A stretch of 64,000 bases of DNA from Acidobacteriota bacterium (GTDB taxonomy: Bacteria; Acidobacteriota; Thermoanaerobaculia; Multivoradales; UBA5704). Below the pieces are notes generated by a model, which was not told the origin of the DNA, made no database searches, and was given only the letters and a program-made list of their open reading frames with translations. Position 1 is the first letter of the stretch. Each line of letters begins with the position of its first letter. The translations under genes were made by a program, and so were the position numbers. Below, one piece after another: positions 18,066-26,335 of the stretch. The stretch spans positions 32,001-96,000 of the forward strand of contig JBDTZG010000007.1 in NCBI GenBank assembly GCA_040005235.1. Direction: 5' to 3'.

Positions 18066-19268
18066 ATGGTCGAGCTTGAAACAGCACCGGCGAAAGCCGC
18101 CGAAGACGAAGCCCGCTGGCTGCTGCCGGTCTACGCCCAGCTGCCGGTCGAGCCGGTGAGCGGATCGGGTGTCGTGCTCAAGACCCGCGACGGCCGCGAG
18201 CTGCTCGATTTCTACGGCGGCCACGCGGTGGCTCTCCTCGGTTACGGCCATCCGCGCCTGCTGGCGGCGCTGGCCGCCCAAGCGGAGACGATGTTCTTCC
18301 AGAGCAACCTGGTGCCGCTCGAAGTGCGCGCCCGCGCGGCGCACGCCCTGGTCTCGTTCGCTCCCAAGGGATTGACGCGGGCGTTCCTGGTCAACAGCGG
18401 CGCCGAGGCGAACGAGAACGCGTTGCGCCTCGCGATCCGGCAGACCGGACGCGGCCGGGTGATCGCTCTTGAAGGGAGCTTCCACGGCCGCACCGCGGCG
18501 GCGGCGGCGGTCACCTGGGGGTCGGAGAAATGGGCCGCCTTCCCCTCGAATCCGTTTGAAGTCGAGTTCGTGCCGGTCGGCGATCTGGACGCGCTGGAGC
18601 GCGCTCTCCAACCTCGCGGTGAGGGCGATTCCGGCGTCGCCGCTTTGATCCTCGAACCGGTGCAGGGGATGGCCGGCGCGGTCGATCTCGGCGCTTCGTA
18701 CCTGTCTGCCGCGCGCGAATTGACCCAAGCCGCCGGGGCGCTGCTGATCTTCGACGAGGTCCAGTGTGGCATGGGCCGCACCGGCCAGCCGTTCGCGGCG
18801 CAGCTCCATGGCGTCACCCCGGATCTGCTGACCACGGCCAAGGGCCTCGCGGGCGGATTTCCCGCCGCCGCGGTGCTGGTCTCGGATGCGGCGGCGGCGG
18901 GTTTGAAGAAAGGTGATCTCGGCACCACGTTCGGCGGCGGGCCGCTCGCCTGCGCATTGATCGAGGCGACGATCGGCGCGATCGAAGAAGAGGATCTGCT
19001 CGCCCGGGTGCGACGGCTCTCCGCTCGCCTGCGGTCCGAATGCCTGGGCGGCGTCGTGACTTCCGTTCAGGGCGCCGGTTTTCTGCTCGGCCTGCGCTGC
19101 GTCCGTCCGGCCAAAGAGGTGCAGGCCGAGCTGCTCGATCGCGGCCTGATGACCGGCACCAGCGCCGACCCGTACGTGCTGCGGCTGCTGCCGCCGCTGG
19201 TGCTCGAAGACGCCCATGTGGACGCGCTGGTCGCGGCGCTTCGCGAGCTGCCCGGGGCTTCTGCATGA
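18066..19268 (+). CDS. argD: acetyl/succinyl-ornithine aminotransferase
   Basis: NSGAEANE, SFHGRT, DEVQCGMGRTG, TAKGL, GTTFGG. Confidence 0.92.
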   Translation: MVELETAPAKAAEDEARWLLPVYAQLPVEPVSGSGVVLKTRDGRELLDFYGGHAVALLGYGHPRLLAALAAQAETMFFQSNLVPLEVRARAAHALVSFAPKGLTRAFLVNSGAEANENALRLAIRQTGRGRVIALEGSFHGRTAAAAAVTWGSEKWAAFPSNPFEVEFVPVGDLDALERALQPRGEGDSGVAALILEPVQGMAGAVDLGASYLSAARELTQAAGALLIFDEVQCGMGRTGQPFAAQLHGVTPDLLTTAKGLAGGFPAAAVLVSDAAAAGLKKGDLGTTFGGGPLACALIEATIGAIEEEDLLARVRRLSARLRSECLGGVVTSVQGAGFLLGLRCVRPAKEVQAELLDRGLMTGTSADPYVLRLLPPLVLEDAHVDALVAALRELPGASA

Positions 19269-20320
19269 AGCGCTTCGTCTCGCTTTCCGAGCACTCGGGC
19301 GAAGAGATCGGCGAGCTGCTGGCGCTAGCCTCGCGGCTGGAGAAGCATTCCGATCCGGCGGCGCTCTCTCGCACGTTGCCGGGCAAAGTTCTCGGGCTGC
19401 TGTTCTTCAACCCGTCGCTCCGGACGCTTTCGAGTTTCCAGGCGGGCATGGCGCGGCTCGGCGGCTCGTGCTTCGTGATCTCGCCCGGTCAGGGGAGCTG
19501 GCAGCTCGAAACCCGCACGGGAGTCGTCATGGACGGTGCGGCGGCCGAGCACGTGCGCGAGGCGATTCCGGTGCTCGCGGGCTACGCCCATGCGCTCGGC
19601 ATCCGGTCGTTCGCGGGCGGGACGGATCTCCATGCCGATCTTTCCGATGCGACGTTCGCCGCGATGGCCGCGACGCTCGAAGCGTCATACCCCGTACCGT
19701 TGATCAACCTCGAGTCGGCGATCGACCACCCGTGCCAGGCGCTTGGCGATTGGAAGACGCTCGACGATCTGGGCGTTCCTGCGGGCGGCAAGCTCGTGCT
19801 CAGCTGGGCGCGTCATCCCAAGCCGCTTCCGCTCGCGGTGCCCGCGACCGTAGTGCAGATGGCCGCGGCGCGCGGCATGGACGTGACGGTGCTGCGGCCC
19901 GACGAATACGCGCTTCCCGAGCCGCTGATGGCGCGCGCCCGGGCCTCGGCCGCCCTTTCCGGCGGAACGGTTTCTGAGACCGCGGATCGGGAGGCGGCGA
20001 TTGCCGGAGCGCACGTGATCTACGCCAAGTCGTGGGCTTCCGCCAAGCACTACGGCGATCTGGCAATGGAAACCGAGCTGCGCGCCCGCTACTCCGACTG
20101 GACGGTCGACGAGTCGTGGTTCCGCCCGGCGGCGCCCGGCGCGCACTTTCTTCACTGCCTGCCGGTGCGGCGGAACGTGGTGGTCGCGGACGAAGTGCTG
20201 GACGGGCCGCGGAGCGCCGTATTGCCCCAAGCCCACAATCGGATGTGGGCGCAGATGGCGGTGTTGCATCGAATGTTGGGCGGGTTGGCCGGCTTGGCCG
20301 GACAGGAGGGAGCCGCATGA
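19265..20320 (+). CDS. argF: N-acylornithine carbamoyltransferase (ArgF', AOTCase/SOTCase family)
   Basis: FFNPSLRT, HPCQ, HPKPLP proline-rich loop, KSW, HCLPVRR. Confidence 0.92.
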   Translation: MKRFVSLSEHSGEEIGELLALASRLEKHSDPAALSRTLPGKVLGLLFFNPSLRTLSSFQAGMARLGGSCFVISPGQGSWQLETRTGVVMDGAAAEHVREAIPVLAGYAHALGIRSFAGGTDLHADLSDATFAAMAATLEASYPVPLINLESAIDHPCQALGDWKTLDDLGVPAGGKLVLSWARHPKPLPLAVPATVVQMAAARGMDVTVLRPDEYALPEPLMARARASAALSGGTVSETADREAAIAGAHVIYAKSWASAKHYGDLAMETELRARYSDWTVDESWFRPAAPGAHFLHCLPVRRNVVVADEVLDGPRSAVLPQAHNRMWAQMAVLHRMLGGLAGLAGQEGAA

Positions 20321-21240
20321 ATCACCACGATTCGAACCTAGAAGTCGCAGGCTTGAAGCTCGCGATTCCGTATATCCGCCTCTATCAGGGCAAGACCTTC
20401 GTGATCAAAGCCGGCGGCGGCGCGTTCGCCGACGAGCGGACCACGATCGCGCTGCTCGAACAGGTGGAGATCCTCCATCGGCTCGGCGTGCGGGTGGTGC
20501 TCGTCCACGGCGGCGGGCCGCAAGCCTCGGCGCTCGCCGCGATCTTGGGCGCTTCGGTCGAGTTCAAGGCCGGCCGCCGGGTCACCGATCCGGTCTCGCT
20601 CGATGCCGCGACGATGGTGTTGAACGGCGCGGTCAACACGCAGATCCTCGCCCTCTGCCGCCGGGTGGGCGTACCGGCGGTGGGCCTTTCGGGCGTGGAC
20701 GCCGGCCTGATCGTCGCGCGCCGCCGGCCGCCGGTCGAGGTGGACGGCGAGACCGTCGATTACGGCCTGGTGGGCGACGTGATTCGGGTCGATCCCAAAG
20801 TGGTGCTGGCCCAGCTCGACGCGGGGCTGGTGCCGGTCGTGAGCCCGATCTCGGCCGACGAGGCGGGCGGCCTGCTGAACGTCAACGCCGACACGGTCGC
20901 CGCCCGGCTCGCGGTCGCTCTTTCTGCCGAGAAGCTGATCGTTCTGACCGGCGCCGCCGGCATTCTCGAACGCGAGGAGGACGCGGGGTCGCGGATCTCC
21001 TACACCGACCTCGCGGGGCTCGCCGAGCTGAACAGCAAAGGGGCGCTCGGCGCCGGCATGCGGCCTAAAGCGGCGGCGATCGAGCAGGCGTTGCTCCAGG
21101 GAGTCCGGCGGGTTCACGTGATCTCGCAGACCGCTCCCGACGCGCTGCTGCGCGAGGTGTTCACCAACGAGGGGAGCGGCACCCTTGTGGTGGCCGACAT
21201 CCACGCCCTCTCCCCTGCCGAGCTGGCGGCCGCGGGTTAG
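20317..21240 (+). CDS. argB: N-acylglutamate kinase
   Basis: VIKAGG, VHGGGPQ, NVNAD, GMRPK; no C-terminal GNAT domain. Confidence 0.93.
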   Translation: MNHHDSNLEVAGLKLAIPYIRLYQGKTFVIKAGGGAFADERTTIALLEQVEILHRLGVRVVLVHGGGPQASALAAILGASVEFKAGRRVTDPVSLDAATMVLNGAVNTQILALCRRVGVPAVGLSGVDAGLIVARRRPPVEVDGETVDYGLVGDVIRVDPKVVLAQLDAGLVPVVSPISADEAGGLLNVNADTVAARLAVALSAEKLIVLTGAAGILEREEDAGSRISYTDLAGLAELNSKGALGAGMRPKAAAIEQALLQGVRRVHVISQTAPDALLREVFTNEGSGTLVVADIHALSPAELAAAG

Positions 21241-21249
21241 GCCGGATCA

Positions 21250-22353
21250 GTGAACGCTACCCCCTCGCCTGCGGACGTTCTCGCGCTCCACCGGCTCGCG
21301 GTCTCGACCCCTTCGGTTTCCGGCGACGAAGGTCCTCTCGCCGAGCACATGGGCGCCTGGCTCGGAGCGCGCGGTGCATGGGTCGAGCGCCTGGGAAACA
21401 CTCTGCTCGCGATCTACGAGAGCGAAATCCCGGGGGCGTCGCCGACCGCGCCGATCATTCTCCTCGACACCCATCTCGACACCGTGCCCCCCGCGCCCGG
21501 TTGGTCCCGCGATCCGTTCGCGGCGACCGTCGAGGAGGGGCGCGTCTACGGTCTCGGGTCGAACGACGCCAAAGCCTCGGTCGCGGCGATGTCGGCGGCA
21601 TTCGTCGCCTGTCTCGGCCGGCCGCTGCCGTTCACCTTGGCCCTTGCGTTGGTCGAGCAGGAAGAGACGAAGGGTCTGGGCACCGAACGCGTGCTCGCGG
21701 CGCTTGAACAGCGCGGCCGGCGCCTCGCGAGCGCGATCGTCGGCGAGCCGACGGGGCTCGACGTAGCGGTCGCCCAGAAGGGGCTGATGGTTTTAGAGCT
21801 GGTTGCCCGCGGCGACGCCTGCCACGCGGCCCACGCCAAATCGCTCGGCGCTCGAAACGCGGCGCGCGAGTTGGCGCGCGACCTGCTCGCGCTGGAAGCG
21901 ATCGAATTCCCCATCCACGAGGCGCTGGGGCCGGTCACCGTCGAGCCGACCCAGCTGCGCGCCGGCACCGCGCGCAACGTCCTCCCCGCCGAGGCGGCGG
22001 CGTTGCTCGACGTGCGGACCACGCCCGCCATCTCGCCGGAAGAAATCGCGCTCGCGATCGGCGGGGCGGTGGGCGCCGAGATCCGCGTGCTCTCCGACCG
22101 CCTCCGGCCGCGTGCGACTCCCGAAGATTCGCCGCTGCTGGCCGCCGTTCTCTCCGTCCGTCCGGTCGCGCGGCTGTACGGGTCGCCGACGCTCTCCGAT
22201 TGGGCGCTGATCGACGCGCCCGCGATCAAATGCGGCCCCGGCCGGTCCGAGCGCTCGCACCGGGTGGACGAGTACGTCGAAGAGGAAGAAATCCTCGCCG
22301 GGGTGCGGTTCTACGGCGAGTTGATCGATGCGCTCGCCCGAGGGTGGCGATGA
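21250..22353 (+). CDS. argE: M20 family N-acyl-ornithine/citrulline deacylase
   Basis: HLDTV, GLGSNDAK, QEE, GEPT, SH..DE metal ligands. Confidence 0.88.
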   Translation: MNATPSPADVLALHRLAVSTPSVSGDEGPLAEHMGAWLGARGAWVERLGNTLLAIYESEIPGASPTAPIILLDTHLDTVPPAPGWSRDPFAATVEEGRVYGLGSNDAKASVAAMSAAFVACLGRPLPFTLALALVEQEETKGLGTERVLAALEQRGRRLASAIVGEPTGLDVAVAQKGLMVLELVARGDACHAAHAKSLGARNAARELARDLLALEAIEFPIHEALGPVTVEPTQLRAGTARNVLPAEAAALLDVRTTPAISPEEIALAIGGAVGAEIRVLSDRLRPRATPEDSPLLAAVLSVRPVARLYGSPTLSDWALIDAPAIKCGPGRSERSHRVDEYVEEEEILAGVRFYGELIDALARGWR

Positions 22354-23555
22354 CCCGGCTCTGGGATAAAGGCGTGCCGCTCGACGAGCGGGTGCTCCGC
22401 TACACCGCGGGCGAGGACCACGCCCTGGATGAGCGGCTGGTCGCTTACGACGTCCGCGCCTCGATCGCTCACGCCGAGATGCTGACCGGACAAAAGCTAT
22501 TGGCGGAAGAAGATCTCGCCGCAATCCGCGCCGGCCTCGAAGCGCTGGGCGCCGAGCACGCCGCGGGAGCGTGGCGGATCGAGCTGGCGGACGAGGATTG
22601 CCACACCGCGCTCGAACGGCGGCTCACCGAACGAATCGGCGAAGCCGGCGCGCGCATCCACCTCGGCCGTTCGCGGAACGACCAGGTGCTCGCGGCGTTA
22701 CGCATCTATTTGCGCGACGCGGTGGCGAATCTGGCCGAAGGTGCCCGGGCGATCGGTTCGGCGCTCGACGATCTCGCCGCGCGCCATTCGGACGTTGCGC
22801 TCTCCGGCTACACCCACATGCAGCCGGCCATGCCGAGCACCGTGGCGCTCTGGGCCGGCGGCTTCGCGAGCGAGCTGCGCGACGACGCGGAAGGGTTCGA
22901 GGCGGCGCTCCGGCGGATCGACAAAAATCCGCTCGGCTCCGCCGCCGGCTACGGCGTCCCCGCCATTCTGCCGATCGACCGCGAATCAACGCGAGAGAAG
23001 CTCGGCTTCCGCGAGATCCACCAGCCCGTGACCGCCGTCCAGCTCTCTCGCGGCAAGGCCGAAGCGCAGGTGCTGTTCGAGGTCGCCCTTCTGCTCCAGG
23101 ACTGCGGCCGGCTGGCCGCCGATCTCGTCCTCTTCTCGATGAAAGAGCTGGGCTTCGTGAGCCTGCCGGCCGAGATGACAACCGGCTCGTCGATCATGCC
23201 CCAGAAGCGCAACCCGGACGTCTTCGAGCTGATCCGAGCCCGCACCGCAGCGGGCCACGCGGGCCTGCTCGAAGCGCTCGCGATTCCGGCCAAGCTCCCG
23301 TCGGGATACCACCGCGATCTCCAATTGCTCAAAGCTCCCCTCTTTCGCGGCATCGACCTCGCGCTCGAAACTGGCGCGATCCTCGCTCACGCGCTCCCCG
23401 GCGTCCGCTTCCACCCGGAGAAGATTCATCTCGATCCGGAGCTGTCCGCGGCGGAAGACGCCTATCGGCTGGTGCTCGAAGAGGGGATCCCGTTCCGCGA
23501 GGCCTATGCCCGGGTGGCGGCGGGGCTGGCGCACGATAAGATGCCGAAACGCTGA
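22350..23555 (+). CDS. argH: argininosuccinate lyase (short type)
   Basis: RSRNDQ, GYTHMQ, GSSIMPQKRNPD. Confidence 0.95.
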   Translation: MTRLWDKGVPLDERVLRYTAGEDHALDERLVAYDVRASIAHAEMLTGQKLLAEEDLAAIRAGLEALGAEHAAGAWRIELADEDCHTALERRLTERIGEAGARIHLGRSRNDQVLAALRIYLRDAVANLAEGARAIGSALDDLAARHSDVALSGYTHMQPAMPSTVALWAGGFASELRDDAEGFEAALRRIDKNPLGSAAGYGVPAILPIDRESTREKLGFREIHQPVTAVQLSRGKAEAQVLFEVALLLQDCGRLAADLVLFSMKELGFVSLPAEMTTGSSIMPQKRNPDVFELIRARTAAGHAGLLEALAIPAKLPSGYHRDLQLLKAPLFRGIDLALETGAILAHALPGVRFHPEKIHLDPELSAAEDAYRLVLEEGIPFREAYARVAAGLAHDKMPKR

Positions 23556-23629
23556 CCTTGGCTAAGCACGATCCGCGCTCACACCCTTCCGGCGTAGGTG
23601 TGTCCGTTGTCAGCATGAAGAGACCGGTC

Positions 23630-26302
23630 ATGAAGAAAATCTGCTGGGCCTTGGCGCTTGCCGCCGCGCTCTCGCCGTCCGCCTCTTGGGCACTCAGCCC
23701 GTACCTGGTTGCAGATCTCGACCCCGGCTTTTTCAGCGCCGGCTCGCAGCCGTACGGTTTCGTTTCGCTGGGATCGCGGGTGGTCTTCCAGATCCTCGAA
23801 AAGCCGGTGCTTTGGGGCACCGCGGGCGTGTTGGATGATCCGGTTCCCCTGGGTCCTCCGAATTTGCGGGTCGATACGGCTCCCGTGGCTGCCGGGGGAC
23901 GCGGGTATTTTAACGGCTGCGACGGCAGCGACTGCGGTTTCTACGCCACCGACGGCACACCCGCGGGGACTCGGCGGCTCCTCCGCTTCCGGTTCGCTTC
24001 GTTCTTTACGCCCGAGGCGGTGGCGCCGGCCGGACTGCCGCGCACCCTGGTCATTTTGAGCGCCGAAAACGGCCCTACGCTCTGGCGCACCGATGGCACC
24101 CCCGCGGGCACACGTAAGGTCGGGGCGCCCGCGCGTGCGCGCCGCCTGCGCGAGCTGACCGAATTCCGCGGCAAAGGTTGGTTCTTCGCCGATCTGCCGA
24201 ACGCGCCCGGGGCGCTCCTGTCCTCCGACGGCCTGGCGGCCGGCACCCGGCGAATCGGCACATCGACGCTCGGGTCCGGTTTCACAACGCTCGGTGGACG
24301 GCTGCTGTTCTACGCCGACCAGGGCATCTGGGCGAGCGACGGCACGGCGGCCGGCACCGGCCGGCTCGCGGCCCTGCCCGGCCTCGACCCCAGCTTTAGG
24401 CCGCCGATCGTCGCCGCGGGCGGCCGCGCCTTCTTCTTTTACCTCGGCGGGGGCGAACGGGAGCTTTGGACCACCGACGGCACCCCCGAGGGCACGCGCC
24501 GGGTCAAGGCGGTCGCGGGTGATGGCCGGAACGATCTTCGGGCGCTCGGCGCGAAAGTCGGGTTCGTCGGTTTCGACGCGGCCCGCGGCGCGGAGCTTTG
24601 GACGAGCGACGGCACGGCCGCGGGCACCCGGCAAGCCAAGGACCTCTGCCCCGGCCCGTGCAGCGGGGTTTCCGAGCTGGGTCCCTCGGCGCTCGGAAAG
24701 ATCTGGCTCGCTGGAACGACCCCCGATCGCGGCCTGGAGGTCTGGACCAGCGACCTTTCACCTGCCGGCACCCGCCAGCTGCGCGACCTGTGCGCGGGGG
24801 CCTGCTCCAGCGATCCACGCCAGTGGCGGGCGGCCGGAGGGCGGATGTATTTCCTCGCCCGCGTCGATTTCGTCGAGCGCCTGATCGCGAGCGACGGCAC
24901 GGCGGCGGGCACTCTGGCCGTCGGGGTCCCTGCGCGCGCCGCCCGAACGCTCGACGCCGTACCGCTCGGCGCGGCCCTGGTCTTCGTGGGATACGGCGCC
25001 GCGCAGGGCGAAGAGCCCTGGATTTCGGACGGTACTGCCGCGGGCACGCGGCTGCTCGCCGATCTCGACTCCGCCAACCTGGCCGGCTCCTACCCGCTCT
25101 CCTATGCCGAAGCCGGGGGCCGGCCGTTCTTCTTCGCCTTCGATGGCATCCTAACGACCTGGCTCTGGACCACCGACGGCACCGCCGAGGGAACCCGGGT
25201 CGCCTACGAATTGCCGGACGAGCTTTGCCTGGAAGAGATCGGCCGGACCGCCGAGGCCGGCGGGCGGCTCGTGGCCTTCCTGGAGATGTGCGAAGAGGAT
25301 CGTCTGTTCGAGGTGGTGGGAAGCGACGGCACCCCGGCCGGCAGCGGGCCGCTCCTGCCCGCGGGCGTGTTCGGCGACGGCCGCTTCGTGCCTGCGGGCG
25401 GCCAGGTGTTGTTCAGCGCCTTCGACGAGGTCCACGGCTTCGAGCTCTGGTCGACCGACGGCACTCCCGGCGGAACTACGCGGCTCTCCGATTTCGTTCT
25501 TCCCGATCCGTTTCGTCCCGAAGGCGCGGGATTCCCGATGTTCTTCTCTTTCGGAGACCGTGCGGTCGTTCCCGTGCTCTCGGTGGCTGGCGGCGAGGAG
25601 CTTTGGATCTCGGACGGTACCGCAGCCGGCACCCGCCCGCTCCACGAGGTCTTCCCCTTTCTGGAGGCGCCGCTCGAAAATGCCAAAAGCGCGACTGCGG
25701 CGCTCGACGGCCGGTTCTACTTCGTCGCCGCTGCGCCGGGGGATGCCGCGGCGACGCTTTGGAGTACCGATCTCTCCGCCTCGGGCACGCGATCGGTCGG
25801 GCCGCTCGATCTCTCGCGCGCCGAGGCGGGCGGTTGGTCGCTCTTCCCGCTCGGCGTCAAGCTCCTCCTCTCCGGTTCTTCGACCACGCTGGGGCAAACG
25901 CTCTGGACCAGCGACGGAACCGCCGCTGGAACGCGCCTGGTCGGCGCCCAGCCCATCAGCTCGCTCCTGGCGCCGGTCGCATTCTCGAACCGCCTCTGGT
26001 TTCAAAACGAATTCGGCGAGCTGTGGTCGACCGACGGCACGACCGAGGGCACGAAGATCTTCGAGATCGACGGCGGGCCTCTGTTCCCTCTGGCGCTCGC
26101 CCCGTTCGCCGGCCGTTTGATCCTCTCCTCGCGCCAGGGCTTTTTCGCGAGCGACGGAACCGCCGCGGGCACCGTGCGGATTGACCTGCCGGGTCCCGCG
26201 GGTCCCTACCCGGGCTCGCTGCTACCGGTGGGGGACCGGCTCTACTTTAGGTGGGACGACCTCGTGCATGGCGCCGAGCCCTGGGCGCTTCGCCCCGATT
26301 GA
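23630..26302 (+). CDS. secreted ELWxxDGT repeat protein
   Basis: Signal peptide; many ELW(T/S)(S/T)DGTxxGT repeats; ends GAEPW. Confidence 0.9.
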   Translation: MKKICWALALAAALSPSASWALSPYLVADLDPGFFSAGSQPYGFVSLGSRVVFQILEKPVLWGTAGVLDDPVPLGPPNLRVDTAPVAAGGRGYFNGCDGSDCGFYATDGTPAGTRRLLRFRFASFFTPEAVAPAGLPRTLVILSAENGPTLWRTDGTPAGTRKVGAPARARRLRELTEFRGKGWFFADLPNAPGALLSSDGLAAGTRRIGTSTLGSGFTTLGGRLLFYADQGIWASDGTAAGTGRLAALPGLDPSFRPPIVAAGGRAFFFYLGGGERELWTTDGTPEGTRRVKAVAGDGRNDLRALGAKVGFVGFDAARGAELWTSDGTAAGTRQAKDLCPGPCSGVSELGPSALGKIWLAGTTPDRGLEVWTSDLSPAGTRQLRDLCAGACSSDPRQWRAAGGRMYFLARVDFVERLIASDGTAAGTLAVGVPARAARTLDAVPLGAALVFVGYGAAQGEEPWISDGTAAGTRLLADLDSANLAGSYPLSYAEAGGRPFFFAFDGILTTWLWTTDGTAEGTRVAYELPDELCLEEIGRTAEAGGRLVAFLEMCEEDRLFEVVGSDGTPAGSGPLLPAGVFGDGRFVPAGGQVLFSAFDEVHGFELWSTDGTPGGTTRLSDFVLPDPFRPEGAGFPMFFSFGDRAVVPVLSVAGGEELWISDGTAAGTRPLHEVFPFLEAPLENAKSATAALDGRFYFVAAAPGDAAATLWSTDLSASGTRSVGPLDLSRAEAGGWSLFPLGVKLLLSGSSTTLGQTLWTSDGTAAGTRLVGAQPISSLLAPVAFSNRLWFQNEFGELWSTDGTTEGTKIFEIDGGPLFPLALAPFAGRLILSSRQGFFASDGTAAGTVRIDLPGPAGPYPGSLLPVGDRLYFRWDDLVHGAEPWALRPD

Positions 26303-26335
26303 CCTCGACGATTCGAATCCAGGAGTGAAGACGCC

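Noticed and set aside
16644-19217. 857-aa antisense ORF over argC/argD
   Set aside because: Antisense shadow of well-supported genes
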